Assembly: GCA_025594325.1 (NCBI GenBank)
Contig: JANHCV010000003.1
Coordinates: 1,674,001-1,738,000, forward strand
Direction: 5' to 3'
Length of the DNA: 64,000 nucleotides
DNA from: Blastocladiella emersonii ATCC 22665
Taxonomy: Eukaryota; Fungi; Blastocladiomycota
In this document: positions 23,036 through 34,762 of the stretch, in pieces
Layout of the letters: every line of letters starts with the position of its first letter
Numbering within the stretch: the first letter of the stretch is position 1
Program-made: the position numbers and the translations under genes
The notes under the pieces: generated by a model
Database searches by the model: none
What the model saw: the letters and a program-made list of their open reading frames with translations, nothing else
What the model was told of the DNA's origin: nothing

Positions 23036-25178
23036 TCACTTGGCCGCGCCGCCGGGCATGCTCGGCTTCCCACCGCTCGCCGGCTTGCGCGGGGACGGCG
23101 ACGAGGCCTTGGTCGGCGACGAGGCCTTGGTCGGCGACGACTTGCGCGACGAGGTTCCCGGGCGCGCCGCGGAGCCCGTACCGGTCCGTCGCGTCGGCGA
23201 AACTGGCGCGTCGGTGGCCGCCGTGGCCGAGGTCGCGACCGACATGCTGGACGCGTCCGTGGGCGCCGTGTCCAAGTTCTGGCCGGGCTCGCCGCTCGAT
23301 CCGTCTTGAGCCGCCGGTGCCCCGGCGCCGTCCGAGGTCGCGGTGGTTTCCGGCTCAGGAGCTGGTGCCGGCGGCGGAGTCGGCGGCCGCGGGCGCAGCG
23401 CGTCGAGCTCCATCTCGGACAGCATGATGGCGACCTCCTCGGGCACCTCGTTCTCGGGCACACGGGTCCGCGGCGCGAGCGGTCGGCCGCACGCCTCGTC
23501 GTCAGCGACGCGCTCGCTCACCGTAGTGACATCCTGCCGCTCCTGTTGCAGCCGCCAAACTCGGAGCGCTGCGAGGTGCCGATCCGCGCGGACGCGAGCC
23601 CGCACGACGCGGATCGCCTCGGTCCAGCGCGCCCGCGCGAGAAGGCGAAAGCCGTAGACGGCGACCGATTCGGCGGCCGACGTGGTGTTGGCGGACATGA
23701 TGGGCGCGGCGTCGCGGCCGTGCGGGGTCTCGAGCTCTGGGTAGACGAGCGAGATGTGACGCGGGCCCGGCAGGCTCGACTCGAGGACGAAGGCTTTTTC
23801 GAAGGCGGCTCGTTCGCGCTTCATGTCTACAGTCAGTGCGTGTTAGTGTCCGAGCGTGAAGCAGGTGAGATAGAAGCGTGTACCCTGCGCTTCCTGGGCG
23901 GTTAGCGTTGGAACCCCGGTGAACTCGGTCCAGTGCGTTGGTGACGCAGTGGGTGCAGGTTTACTCTACACCTCGCGTCGTTTAGCGTTCGAAGACCGCT
24001 CGGTGAGTCGCAAACGAGCGTACCAGAGCCTCCCACCGATCCATGAACGACACCGGTTCCACTTCCGCCGCGGGAACTGCAGGCCGCGGACTCAGCGGTT
24101 CCCGCAGCAGCCCACGAGCGCGTCGAGCTCGCCGCTCGAGCAGCGGGTCCAGCGGCGGGATGGGCTCGATAGTTGAGACACGACCGAACAACGGGACCGA
24201 GAACGACGGGCCGCTCGGCGCGACACGGACGACGAGCGTGTCCTTGAACGGGAACTCGGGCCGCTCCTCGTCCCCCTTGTCACCGCGGTCGAGCGTCGGT
24301 GGCGGGCGGACCGAGCGCGGGTGGAAGGTCACGGTCAGGTCGAGCGTCAAGGCGCCGTCGATGGTGCCACGAGCGGGTGTCACCGAGTACACGGATCCCG
24401 GCGTGTGTAGCGATGCGGAGAGGGTGAAGCGGCGCGGTGTCGGGTTGGTCAGGGTGAAGGATCTGGTGGTCTTGCGCAGCGCGCCGTCGGGGGTCTGGTC
24501 GACGGCAAAGTCGAGGCCGGCGAGGCACTCGGGCGCAGCGATGGCGGGTGCGCTACTCACAGCTTGCTGTCAGCTCAACTCGGTGACATGCCAGCTTCCG
24601 AGTGAAGCGTACCCCTGCAGCGAGATGACCAGGTCGCGGCCGTCCTCGGACACGACGCGGAACTCGTCGACGTAGTCGGACCAGACCTGTGGCGTGAGCG
24701 AGATGCGAACAAGCTGGTCGGATCCGGGGTTGAGGAACGCCTACATTGCCCATGTCAGTAAAGGTTTCCCCTTCGACCTGGCGAACCCACACACCTTCTT
24801 GGTGAACTTCAGCTGAAACTCAGTCGTTCCGCGGTTCGGGTGCAACTGGAAACGCAAGGGTAAAGTCCCATAGTTGAAGACGCGGCACGTTGCGTGGGTT
24901 GGGACGCCGAGGGCCGAGAAATGGACGCGCACGACGGGCGGGACGCAGACGAGCCCCATGGGTCCACCGGCCCGGGACTCGCCGCTGGTCGGGCGCGACG
25001 AGCCGAGGTACGAGTCGGCCGTCATCTCATTCAGGAGCACCTCGGCGGGGCTGTCGCCAGCAGCGGCCCAGTCGGGGACCCACGGGCCATGGTGCGGCGA
25101 GTTGGGCACCGACGTGTTGGGCGCGCACACGTCGGCGAGGAAGCCCGACCATTCCGAGGTGTTGGGTGCAGTATCCAT
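23036..25178 (-). CDS. Ciliary ASH/Ig-domain protein, CFAP221/PCDP1-like, multi-exon
   Basis: VRVHF..LG...CRVFNYG..LRFQLHP..TTEFQLKFTKK|..LNPG...VRISLTPQVWSDYVDEFRVVSEDGRDLVISLQGY, plus a second Ig-like block (SFTLTNPT...YSVTPARGTI...LTVTFHP). Start chosen at the ATG after a CT-rich leader. Confidence 0.55.
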
Positions 25179-25326
25179 GGCTGTGAGAGGGTTGGTGGAG
25201 AGGGCGGACAGGGAAACGCGTCTCGACGATCGCGACGCGTCGGCGGCGGGACTCACGTGCCACGCGCGAGACGTTTCGGGATCGACTCGCTCGACCCGCA
25301 GTCGCTCCCCTACCACCGGCCCTACC

Positions 25327-27976
25327 ATGAAAGCATCCGCCCCGGACGGGGACACACTCCATGCAACCGACTCGGCGGCACCGGCTGCCAACCCACTGGC
25401 TCTGAGCGACGTAAGGGTTCATGTCCGCTCCCGACTACGATCCTTCGACTGACGAAGCCGTCGCCCTAGCCCGTCGTCTTCACCAAACGCCGCCGGCCGA
25501 ACCCCAAACGCAACACTGAACCCACTACCCCACCCTTTCCGCCGCTCCTGAACGGCGACGAGCCCGCGGCGCTCGCCGAGCTGCGGCGGGCTCAGTACGA
25601 GACCGACCGCACAGCGGCCGACGCCATCTTCACCCGCGCGTGGGCGTCGACGCACCACAGCTCGGTCGCCGCCGTCGCCGAGTTTGTCTCCAGCGCATGG
25701 CGCCCCGCTGCCGTCGCCGCGCGGCCGCGGCTGACCATCCCGACGGCGCTGGTGCTGTCGGGGATCAACGTCGCCGACAACCTCAACGCGTTCACGATGC
25801 TGACCGCGCAGATCCGCGGTGACGGCGAAATGGCCGCTTCCCCCACCGGGCGGACGATCGCTGTGACACTCGGGTCGACGGAGCTGGGCACGCTGCGCAC
25901 GTCGATCCGGCGGATCACGGGCGAGGTGACGGGCGCCGCGTCCGAGGACGCCGACGATCTGGCCGCGTGGCACGAGTCGCTCGCCGCGGCTGACCGCCCG
26001 GCGTCGGTCGTCCTGCTGTTCCCCGAATTCGAGCGGTGTGAGTTCGCGCTGCTGTCGCGGCTGATCCAGATTCTAGGGGTGACCGTGGACCCGTCCTCGA
26101 CGCCGGCCCCTATCCCATGGGTGTTCGTGTTCGGTCTCGCGTCACAGGCCGACCTGGTGCGCCGCGGGCTCGACGCAGCCGCGCTGCGGCACCTGTCGAC
26201 GACGCCGTTCCGCCTCGCCGCGCCGCGCGCCGCGCTCGACGAGGCCGTCGAAGGTCTCTTCCTCTCCTCCCCGCCCGCGGTCTCGGCGCGCCTCGCGGCG
26301 CCCGTCCTCGAATGGGTGCTCGACCGGTTCCGGTTCGCAACGCACTGCGGCGCCGAGGCGGGCCGCGGCGTGCGGTACGCGCTCATGGACCACTACTTCG
26401 GTCACCCGCTGAGCGTGCTCGGCCCCGCGGCCACGCGCGCCGCGGCGATCGCGCACCTGACGCCCGACCTGTGCGAGCTCGTGCGCGCGCTGCCGACGGT
26501 GCGCGGCGCGGTTGACGCGCTCGCGGCGTCCAAGTCGGCGAACCGCCGCGCGCACGCGGTCGCGGTGCTCACGTCCGACGCGGCGCTCAAGGAGCAGCTC
26601 GCGGCGTGGCTCGCGGACATCGACGCTGCGCACGACCGACACGCGCGCGCGGTCATGCTCGTGTTCCGCCTGCAGGCGCTCACGCGGCTCGGGCGCCGGC
26701 CCGTCGCGACGCTGTACGCGATCGCCGTCGAGGAGAATCTGGCCGACGAGGCGAATGTGTCGTTGATGCTCGGGCTCCTGCGGTACGTTTTACCTAAGGG
26801 GGGTGGTTGGATAGCGCTAACTGTTATGTGTAGCAAGCTGCCATTCGACACCCCGTCGCCGACGCTCCCGCTCAAGGACATGCTGTCGGTCCTGGACCTC
26901 GCGCGCGACACGCTCGTGCTGACGGCCGACGGGCCCGACGCCGAGACGGCCGAAGCGCTCGCCGAGCACGTCGCCCGGCTGCAGACCCTGCTCGATGAGG
27001 CGACGGCCGCCGAGAGCGGGACCGCGACGCCGACGACCTCCGCTGCTGCTGCCGACGACGAGGACGAGGCGGAGCCGGGTACCGAACCCAAGGAAAAGGA
27101 TGAGGAAGAAGACCTGGCCTCGCGCGTGCGCGACAGCATGTTCAACACGCTGCAGGCGGGGCAGCACCGCGCGCCGACGACGGGCCGGACGACGGCCAAC
27201 AGCCTGGGGAAGCGGACGCGGCGGGACTCGGACTCCGAGGAAGACGATGGCGGGATCCGCGAGCACGCGGTCCTGGACCCGACCAAGACCGCGCCCGCGA
27301 CGGGGGCGGGAGCCGCAGCCACGGTCCGCAGCCGCGCGCTCGCGCTCCTGCACCGCGAGGCCGCGGACCGCGCGTGGATCGCGCGCGTGGGCGAGCGCAC
27401 GGCCAAGGAGCGCAACGCGCTGCCCGCGCGCACCGCGGCAGCCGTCGCGGCCGCGTGCGACTGGCTGTTCGGCACGGTGCTCCGCCGCTGGCTCAGCCCG
27501 CCCGCGCGCCGGCCGGCGGCTGAGGTCGTGTATGCGGCGCGTGTCGCGGCGCTTGAGCGGGTACGTTTTGCGGTGCAAGGGCGAGGTGATGTGACTGACA
27601 TTCCGTGGATGTGTAGACTCTCGCGGTCCAGCCGCGCGTGCTGGTCCAGTCGGCGCTGGGCCACCCGGACCTGTTCGTGCAAGTCGACGGCGCTGATCAG
27701 TCGAGCGGCAACCAGACGGGCCTGATCGCGCCGACAGACCCGGACACGGCGATCCTGTACAAGCTGCACCTCGAGTCGGCGCGGCTCATCAACCTGTTCG
27801 ACTGGTACACGGCGTTCTCGGCGGTCCTCGCGCGCCGCCCGGGCCACGTACCCGATATGCGGACCGACTACGTGCGGTTCATCCGCGGGGTCAACGAGCT
27901 GCAGCTGCTCGGGTTCATCAAGCCGACGGCGCGCAAGACGGACCACGTTGTGCGGCTGACATGGGGTAAGGTCTAA
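25327..27976 (+). CDS. ORC3: Origin recognition complex subunit 3
   Basis: PFPPLLNGDE, VVLLFPEFERCE..LSRLI, FVFGLAS, YALMDHYFGHPLSVL, and C-terminal PDTAILYKLHLESARLINLFDWYTAF...RFIRGVNELQLLGFIKPTARKTDHVVRLTW. First intron 25411-25469 region (GTAAG...CTGAC...TAG). Confidence 0.92.
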
Positions 27977-28006
27977 AAGTCGTCGTTTATATCTCATTGC
28001 AATCGT

Positions 28007-29109
28007 TTACGGCCGGCCCGAGCGCACCGCGAGCCCGTGCTTGACGCGGATATAGTTCTCCATGGCGCCGTACCAGAGCACCTCACGCAGTCCCGCTACG
28101 TACGCGAGGCCGAACACGGACCCGCCGAGGTGCGCGACGTGGTCGAACGTCTGCCACCCGCGCACGACGCCGGCGAGGTCGAGCCCGACGAGCCCCGGGA
28201 ACGCGTACTTGAGCGGCAGGTCGACGCCCGGCAGGAAGATGAGCGAGACGCCGAGGTCCGGGTGCATCACGGCGACGGCGCCGAGGCACGCGAGCAGGGC
28301 GCCCGAGGCGCCGAGCGAGGGCAGCAGCATGGCGTGCGCGATGGTGCGCAGGGCGACGGTGTGCGAGGCGAGCGAGGCCATTAGGCCGCCTGCCGTGTAG
28401 AAGGCCAGGAACTCCTCGGTCGAGCCCAGGCCCTGGTGCAGCAGCGAGCCCACGGTCCACACGCCGAGCATGTTCATGCCAAAGTGCTACAGGGGCGCGC
28501 ACTTGTAAGTCTGGGCCGCCCGAGAATGGCAGAGATCAAGCGTACCAGGGCAGTCTGGTGCGAGTACGTCGACAGGAGCAGCGTGACCGACCGGCCGGAC
28601 AGCGGATGGTGGGTGAACCACTTGTACATGAACCGCTGCACGCCGACGCGCGGGATCTGCCACGCGAGGAACACGGCGGCGTTGACGGCAATCAGGCCGG
28701 CCGCCACCTTCTGCCCGTCGTACAGGTTATACCAGCGGTTGACGACCATGGTGCACGCCTTCTTGACCTCGAACGGGACCGCTGACCACTCGGCGATCCG
28801 GTGCACGGCGGCGCGCTTGGCGGCCGCGGCCTGCGCGCGCTGCCGCCGCCACATGTCCTCGAACGACGACGTGCCGCCCTGGCGCAGCACCTGGTTGCGG
28901 TCGTAGACGGCGACGCCGAGGCCGAACGCGGCCAGCGACCCGCCCACGGCGAACAGCGCAGGGCGAAGGTACCGGACCCGCGGGACCGTCGTGCTCCACA
29001 GCTCGGCGAGCGCCGGGTCCGCGTGCGTCGTCAGGGACCGCGAAGCGGGCTTGAAGAGGCGCGGCGCGGAGGTGCGCAGGGCGGCGAGGCGTGGCATGAG
29101 TGATTGCAT
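28007..29109 (-). CDS. Mitochondrial rhomboid protease (PARL/Pcp1-like)
   Basis: Arg/Ser-rich presequence, NAAVFLAWQIP, LLSTYSHQ..|HFGMNML, catalytic SLGASG and HVAHLGG. Confidence 0.92.
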
Positions 29110-29192
29110 GGTATGTGATGAGTGTGTACGGTTGAGGGGGAGAGAGAGGGGGGATGCGAGGGGGACGCGGCCGGAAGATCGACAACGCGCAC

Positions 29193-29364
29193 CGCCAGGG
29201 GTTCTAAGTGGGGTGGTCAAACCTGTGTTGGTGCATCCTACGGCCCCCTCTTCCGGAACAGTGGCTTGACGGTGGCTTGACGCTCACGCGGGCACGTTCC
29301 AGAGCTTCCGCACGTGCGCGGCGCCGCCCACGTGGGCGCGGCGCGACACGTCTCTCACCTCGCG
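29193..29364 (+). repeat. 172-bp inverted repeat, copy 1 (upstream of rhomboid gene)
   Basis: Reverse complement of 30812-30983 with a single mismatch seen (ACAC vs ACGC). Contains a tandem GTGGCTTGACG pair and CACGTG palindromes. Confidence 0.95.
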
Positions 29365-30811
29365 AGCACGATGAACGGCCTCATCGAACGAATACTTTGC
29401 TTCAGCTAGCGGCGTGAGAGTAGGTGCACTCAGTTCAAGTCAAGGGCCGAGTGAGCGGCGCCCCTGTTGCCTAGCGTGAAGGCGAGTGTGCCGCTGCGAC
29501 CTGAGGGAGGAGTGGCGGCGTGGGATGCCCACAGCTTGGAAAGTAAGCTTGAGTGGTCCTCGTACTACACACGGACCGTGCGCTCGAGCGAATCGCCCAC
29601 GAGGAAGCCCGCGCCAACTGCGGTTGCTGTCGGTATGTGCCGTGGAGCGCGGGAGGTTCAAGCAAGCGGTTTCGTCTGCGAATCCGCGGGTCTCATTGAC
29701 GGGATCGAGCGAGAGTCGTTTCACGGAGTACGAGTAAGCGGGCTCAGAACTCGCAGCCGCGTCGGCGCAAGCTGCAAAGCGCGGGCCGCGGACGCTGAGC
29801 TCGCGACGGGCAGTAGGATAGCGAGCGGAAGTACTGCGACGACGAACTATTGAAGTTGACTACATGGTCCGGGTCGCACCTGCGGCCACGAGCTCTCGAC
29901 GGCGCGGCCCACACATCATTAATGTAAGCATGTGAGCGTACATGCGCAGCCTGGCGGAAGTGGTGAGCGGCGCACCTAGGATCTCAACGATCTCTGGTAA
30001 AGCCAGCTAAGCGGATGGCCGCGATTCTCAGGCCCGCGCGATGATGATCATTGTCGTACGTCCGCGCAAACAGCCCACCGTTCGCGACGCGAAGTGTAAG
30101 ACAAGCAAAATTCCGCGGTGCTGCTGTCCGCGCGGTGCTCGGACCACAAGACGAGCGCTGCACGCGGGACGGAGCCCTAACGCAAGCGGAACTCGCCGTG
30201 TTTGCTGAGGATTGAGCGCTGCGGTAAAAATGAACGAGAGTACCATGGCCTAAGGATGATGAGCCGGCGCATGAAGCACGACGGACGAGTGTTTTATCAA
30301 TACGACGAGCTGCCGCCGGGACGGAATGTGAAACTTGGAGTCGAAGGTGCCTGAGCTGTGCGCTGAGCGTGGTGGCCGCCTGATACCTTGCTGTTTAGCA
30401 ATAGAATCTCATGGGAATCGGACGGTATGGTATCGAGCGAGAGCTGAACTTCGTGCGAGGTCGCATAGAGCACGAAGGTGACGCACTATTGTCGCTGAGT
30501 GGGTCATGAACGAGCTGGATGCGATGAACGAGTTCCGCGTCAAGGGTGACTACGTGAGCAGGCTCGCACACAGCGTCTGAGCGCTCACATAGACCTTACA
30601 AGTGACTATTCAGCGAGCGGCGGTTTACGGAAGCCGGCCTCAAGAGCTCAGCCTGACAGACGCGGCATTCCGCATCCGCAGATCAGGCGGGGACACGTAA
30701 AGCAGCAAGTCAGGACGCTGCAGCACGCGTTGCATGGAGTGTGCATGATTTACGAGTACTATTGATGCCACAGAGCGGCCGTACGGCCATGTGGAGGAGT
30801 GTGAGCGCCGG

Positions 30812-30983
30812 CGCGAGGTGAGAGACGCGTCGCGCCGCGCCCACGTGGGCGGCGCCGCGCACGTGCGGAAGCTCTGGAACGTGCCCGCGTGAGCGTCAAG
30901 CCACCGTCAAGCCACTGTTCCGGAAGAGGGGGCCGTAGGATGCACCAACACAGGTTTGACCACCCCACTTAGAACCCCTGGCG
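30812..30983 (-). repeat. 172-bp inverted repeat, copy 2 (abuts the Fanzor ORF)
   Basis: Reverse complement of 29193-29364. The ORF track shows the same 52-aa translation on opposite strands. Confidence 0.95.
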
Positions 30984-32571
30984 CGGCCAAGCACCGTGTC
31001 CGCGCCTACGCCGGGATCGACGTCCCGGGCCTGTCGTGGCTCGACCGTCTCGTTCGTCTTCGAGATGCCCGCGAGTACTTTGTCGACCGCGAGCTCGTGT
31101 CGGCCTCGACGCCGCGCCCGCGCATGGTCCCCAAGCTCGAGGTGCGCGGCCGGTTCTTCAACGTGCCGTTCGAGACGCTCATGGCCGTGGCCGGCATGCC
31201 GACCCACAAGCACCGGCATCCGCGCACGCCAGCGCCGGGGCGAGGGGATTGGCCCGCCCGACCCGTCGCTGACTACGACATCATCGCCGCCGACGAGGAC
31301 CCCGTCGCGGTCGCCGCCGCCCGTGTCCGCGTCGCCGCGTACGAGCTGCAGGACGGGCGGACGGCCAAGGCCTACTGGGACTACGTGCTGCACTGGTCGT
31401 CCATGTACGTCAAGCACTCGCTGTGCTGGCGCCTTCGACCTGGCGCGCAGCCCATCAACCAGTTCATCGGCTCGATCAAGACGGACGGGTACTCGGCCCG
31501 CGTCCCCATGTACCGCGACGGCATCTACCCGGTCGAGGGCGCCCCGTCCAAGGCCGCCACCGGTGCGCTCTCGTCCGCAGCGCTCCTCGCTCGCGCCCTC
31601 GAACCTCCTCTTGTACCTCCCGCTGTCGCCCCAAACGACCCACCCCTCGTCGTCTCCCACCCTCCTGATCATCGCGTCGCTCGTCGCCGCGGCGCCGGTA
31701 CCAACATGCACGACGGCGACATCGACGTGGCCGAGGGCATCGACCGCATCACCTTCGTGGACCCCGGCGCCAACTCGCCCATCACGGCGTTCACGGTCGC
31801 GCTCGTCCTGTTCTTCTACATTGTCGCCGTCCTCGAGCGCATCGCCATGATCCACGCCGACGGCACGCTCGACGACGACGCCCGCGCCGCCGTGCTCGAC
31901 GCGGTGCGCCCAATCCTGCTCGACATCGCCATGACCAAGGAGGGCATCAACCACCGGTTTGACGAGATCACGGCGTACGAGTGGCAGCACAAGACGGGCG
32001 CCCGCCTCAAGTCGAGTCGGTCGCGGATGTGGCGTGCCAAGTACGGGCTCGACGACCACGACGAGGACCGCTCGAGGGCGTCGCACCCCGCCGCCGACCC
32101 CGCCGCCGACCTCGGCGCCAAGATCGCGGCGAACGCGGCCGCCGAGGACGCGACGCTGGCCGAGGCGTGGCGCACGCGCGTCGGCCGGCTCGGGTTCTTC
32201 ACGCTCGGGCTCCGGCAGAAGATGTTCGACAAGCTCACGCACGCGTTCAAGGGCGCCTACGTCCTGATCGGGCACCAGTTCCACTACGGCGGCGTTTGGG
32301 TTCATCGTCGTGGTCCCGTCGCTGAGCTCGTCAAGCAGCTCGTGCGCCGTGGCACCAACATCTTCCGCGTCGACGAGAACTACACGTCGAAGCGGTGTCC
32401 GGTCTGCTCCGCGCTCTCGACGCCGCAGCAGCGCGCCGACGGCGAGTGCGACCTCATCCAGTCGCGCGCGTGGGGCACCAAGCACTGCCCGCGGTGTCGC
32501 GCGACGTTCGGCCGCGACCGCAGCGCCGCCTTTGGCCTGCTGCTGACCCACGCCCATCGCCTTCGGTTTGC

Positions 32572-32607
<36 letters not shown>

Positions 32608-32611
32608 GTAG
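30984..32611 (+). CDS. Fanzor1-type (TnpB-derived) RNA-guided RuvC nuclease, 5'-truncated; first in-frame ATG at 31124 (495 aa)
   Basis: SIKTDGYS (TDG 31481-31489), RuvC-I FVDPG (D 31760), RuvC-II VDENYTSKRCPVC (E 32375), CPRC, RuvC-III RDRSAA (D 32516). Intronless, with no stop from 30956 to 32609. Confidence 0.88.
32572..32607 (+). repeat. (TCAAGG)x6 microsatellite encoding a Gln-Gly tail of the Fanzor ORF
   Basis: Directly visible; followed by a CT-rich tract at about 32625-32695. Confidence 0.95.
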
Positions 32612-32719
32612 TTTGTGCCGTTGTGTTCCCTTTCTTTCCCTCTTCTCTCCTCTCCTCTCCTCTCCTCTCCTTTCCGCTTCTTCATCTCTTCCTGGCTGCT
32701 CAACAACCTCGAAACCCTC

Positions 32720-32860
32720 GTTGGAGACGGCCCCTGCGTCTCAGGTGCTTCATTGCGCCTTCGGTCCTACGGGATCACCTCGTGGTGCCGACCCACATTG
32801 GTCACGGCCAATGTGGTCACAGGTCTGTGTGCCTGTCAAGTATGTAAATGGCCTGCGCAT
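32720..32860 (+). ncRNA. Candidate Fanzor omegaRNA (scaffold plus putative guide)
   Basis: Run of hairpins directly 3' of the nuclease ORF: GAGACG/CGTCTC, GGTGC/GCGCC, GGTCC-TACG-GGATC, CACC/GGTG, CCACATTGG/CCAATGTGG, ACAGG/CCTGT. Position matches known Fanzor architecture; identity is inferred. Confidence 0.5.
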
Positions 32861-32900
32861 CCAGCGTACTCCATTAATACACAACAGGCTCCACACCACA

Positions 32901-34176
32901 TCACTGGAACTTGCGCTCGGCCTCGTCCGCGTCCATAGCGCCGCTCTTGACCGCGGCCACGCGCTGGTCGTACTTGTGGACGTAGCGTCGGTACCGGTCG
33001 CCGCCGTCGGTCCCAAAGAAGGTATCGACGACGCCCGAGACCCCAAACTGGTAGATGAACGCGTAGTGGTGCCAGTCGTGCTTGCGGGCGGACGGCCACC
33101 CGAACAGCTCGTAGCCCGAGTGCGTGTGGACCGTGGTCGTGATGGCGAGCGTGACCCAGACGAGCGCCGAGAACGGGTGCATGGCGAAGAGGACGATTCC
33201 GCCGAGGACCGGGGTCAGGTTCGACAGGAGGTGCTCGACCGGATGCGCGTAGGTCGCGGCGAGCCCGACGGGCGCCGTGAACTCGTGGTGCTGCTTGTGG
33301 AACGCGCGGTACAGCGGGCCCCAGTGGAACAGCCGGTGCGACGAGTAGAAGAGCAGCTCCTCGATGCCCGCGCAGATGGCCAGGTCGCGCGCCACCGTGG
33401 CCGCCGAGGGGAGCGATGCCGCCCAGGACGTCGCCGCAGCGGCCGTCGACAGACCGTGGTGGTACTGCAGGGCGGCCGGGTACGCGTACTTGAACAGGAC
33501 CAGGCCGTACGGGATGTTGATGAACACCTGGTTGCGCAGGACGACGAGCGCGCACTTGACCCAGTCGCGCGACGACACCAGCTTGCCGTCCTGGATCTTG
33601 TGCGCCAGCGCGAACCGGCCCAGCGCCGTGCTAGGGAAACGCAGCGACACGTCCAGCACGCCCAGGAGCAGCGCGTGCGTCCAGTACAGCGCGGCTACAC
33701 ACAGGCGGTCTCAGCGTCAGTACCCATGGGTCCTCGCAACTAATGAATCCGCACGTACTCGTCCACAGGAACAAAGCAATGGTCATGAACCCCTCGACGC
33801 CCCAGTACTCGACCATACTCGCCCACATCGCGCGGAGCGCGAGCGAGGCCGCATGAACATGACCGAGCGCGGCGCCGAGCCCCGGCACGTCTGCGAGCAC
33901 GCCGCGCACCGCGGCCGGGAGCACCGACGCGGGCGACGCCAGGTCGAACAGGTCAGGCATGCACAGCAGCACCGTCACGGCGGCGAAGAAGAGCGGCTGC
34001 CCGGCCTCGCGCAGGTGCAGCGACCGCAGGAACAGCTGCGTGTCGGTCGGCAGCGGGGACTCGGTAGTGGGAGCGGCGGCGGCGGGCTTGGCGGGCTTCG
34101 CGGCCGCGGCTGGCGCCGCCGCCGTCGTCGTCGTCGTGGATGGTGGCGGTGGTGGAGTCACGGTGGCGGTCGTCAT
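32901..34176 (-). CDS. Fatty-acid hydroxylase / sterol desaturase superfamily protein (FAXDC2-like)
   Basis: His boxes SHRLFH, HKQHH and HDWHH; EFTAPVG, YAHPVEH, HSGY, FG..G.VD..FGTD. Confidence 0.9.
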
Positions 34177-34762
34177 GGGCGAGAGGAGGGTGCGGTAAAA
34201 GGGTTGGAGTAGCGAGCGACGCGCGCGGAGCAAGGGAGAGCGGGGAGCGAGCGAGGGAGAGGGGGCCTCGCTCGTATTTGAGGGCGAATCCGCACGCACA
34301 CGGAGCCGAGCGAACCTTGACGAGCGGGAGCGGACGCGGTGGTGGTGCCTTCCCCCGCCGCCGCTCGGCTCGGCGGCCATGGTCGGTCGCGGCGGCAGTC
34401 CGCGCACTCGGCGCCTCATCCTCCGCTTTCACGGCGGCCGCGCTCGCGTGCGGGCCGATGGTCAGGTGCGCGGGTCGGCAGCGCGGGCGGCGACGCGTCG
34501 CGGGGCCCCCGATGCATGTGGGTCCATTTCGTTCATGGGCAGAGCGTGGAAATCCGCGGCGGAGGCGGCGAAGATGGCGGAGCGGAGCGGCGGAGAGGCG
34601 GCGGCGCGTCGCGCCTCACGGCGGCAGCGAATTCCCCCGCGCGACTCGGCGGCTCCCCGATTGCGTTGTTCATCCGCGCTGACCACGACGACGACGGTGC
34701 ACGATGATGGTGAGGGAGAGTATATTCAAGAGAGCGAGAGGGTAGAGATCAGCGACAACAGC

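Noticed and set aside
25326-25329. Overlapping opposite-strand start codons in CATG (ORC3 and the CFAP221-like ORF)
   Set aside because: The minus-strand gene more plausibly starts at 25178 after a CT-rich leader; CATG is self-complementary, so the overlap is trivial.
29193-30983. Calling the 172-bp inverted pair a Mutator/foldback transposon
   Set aside because: No target-site duplication at any boundary I tried and no transposase inside; kept as a repeat and finding only.
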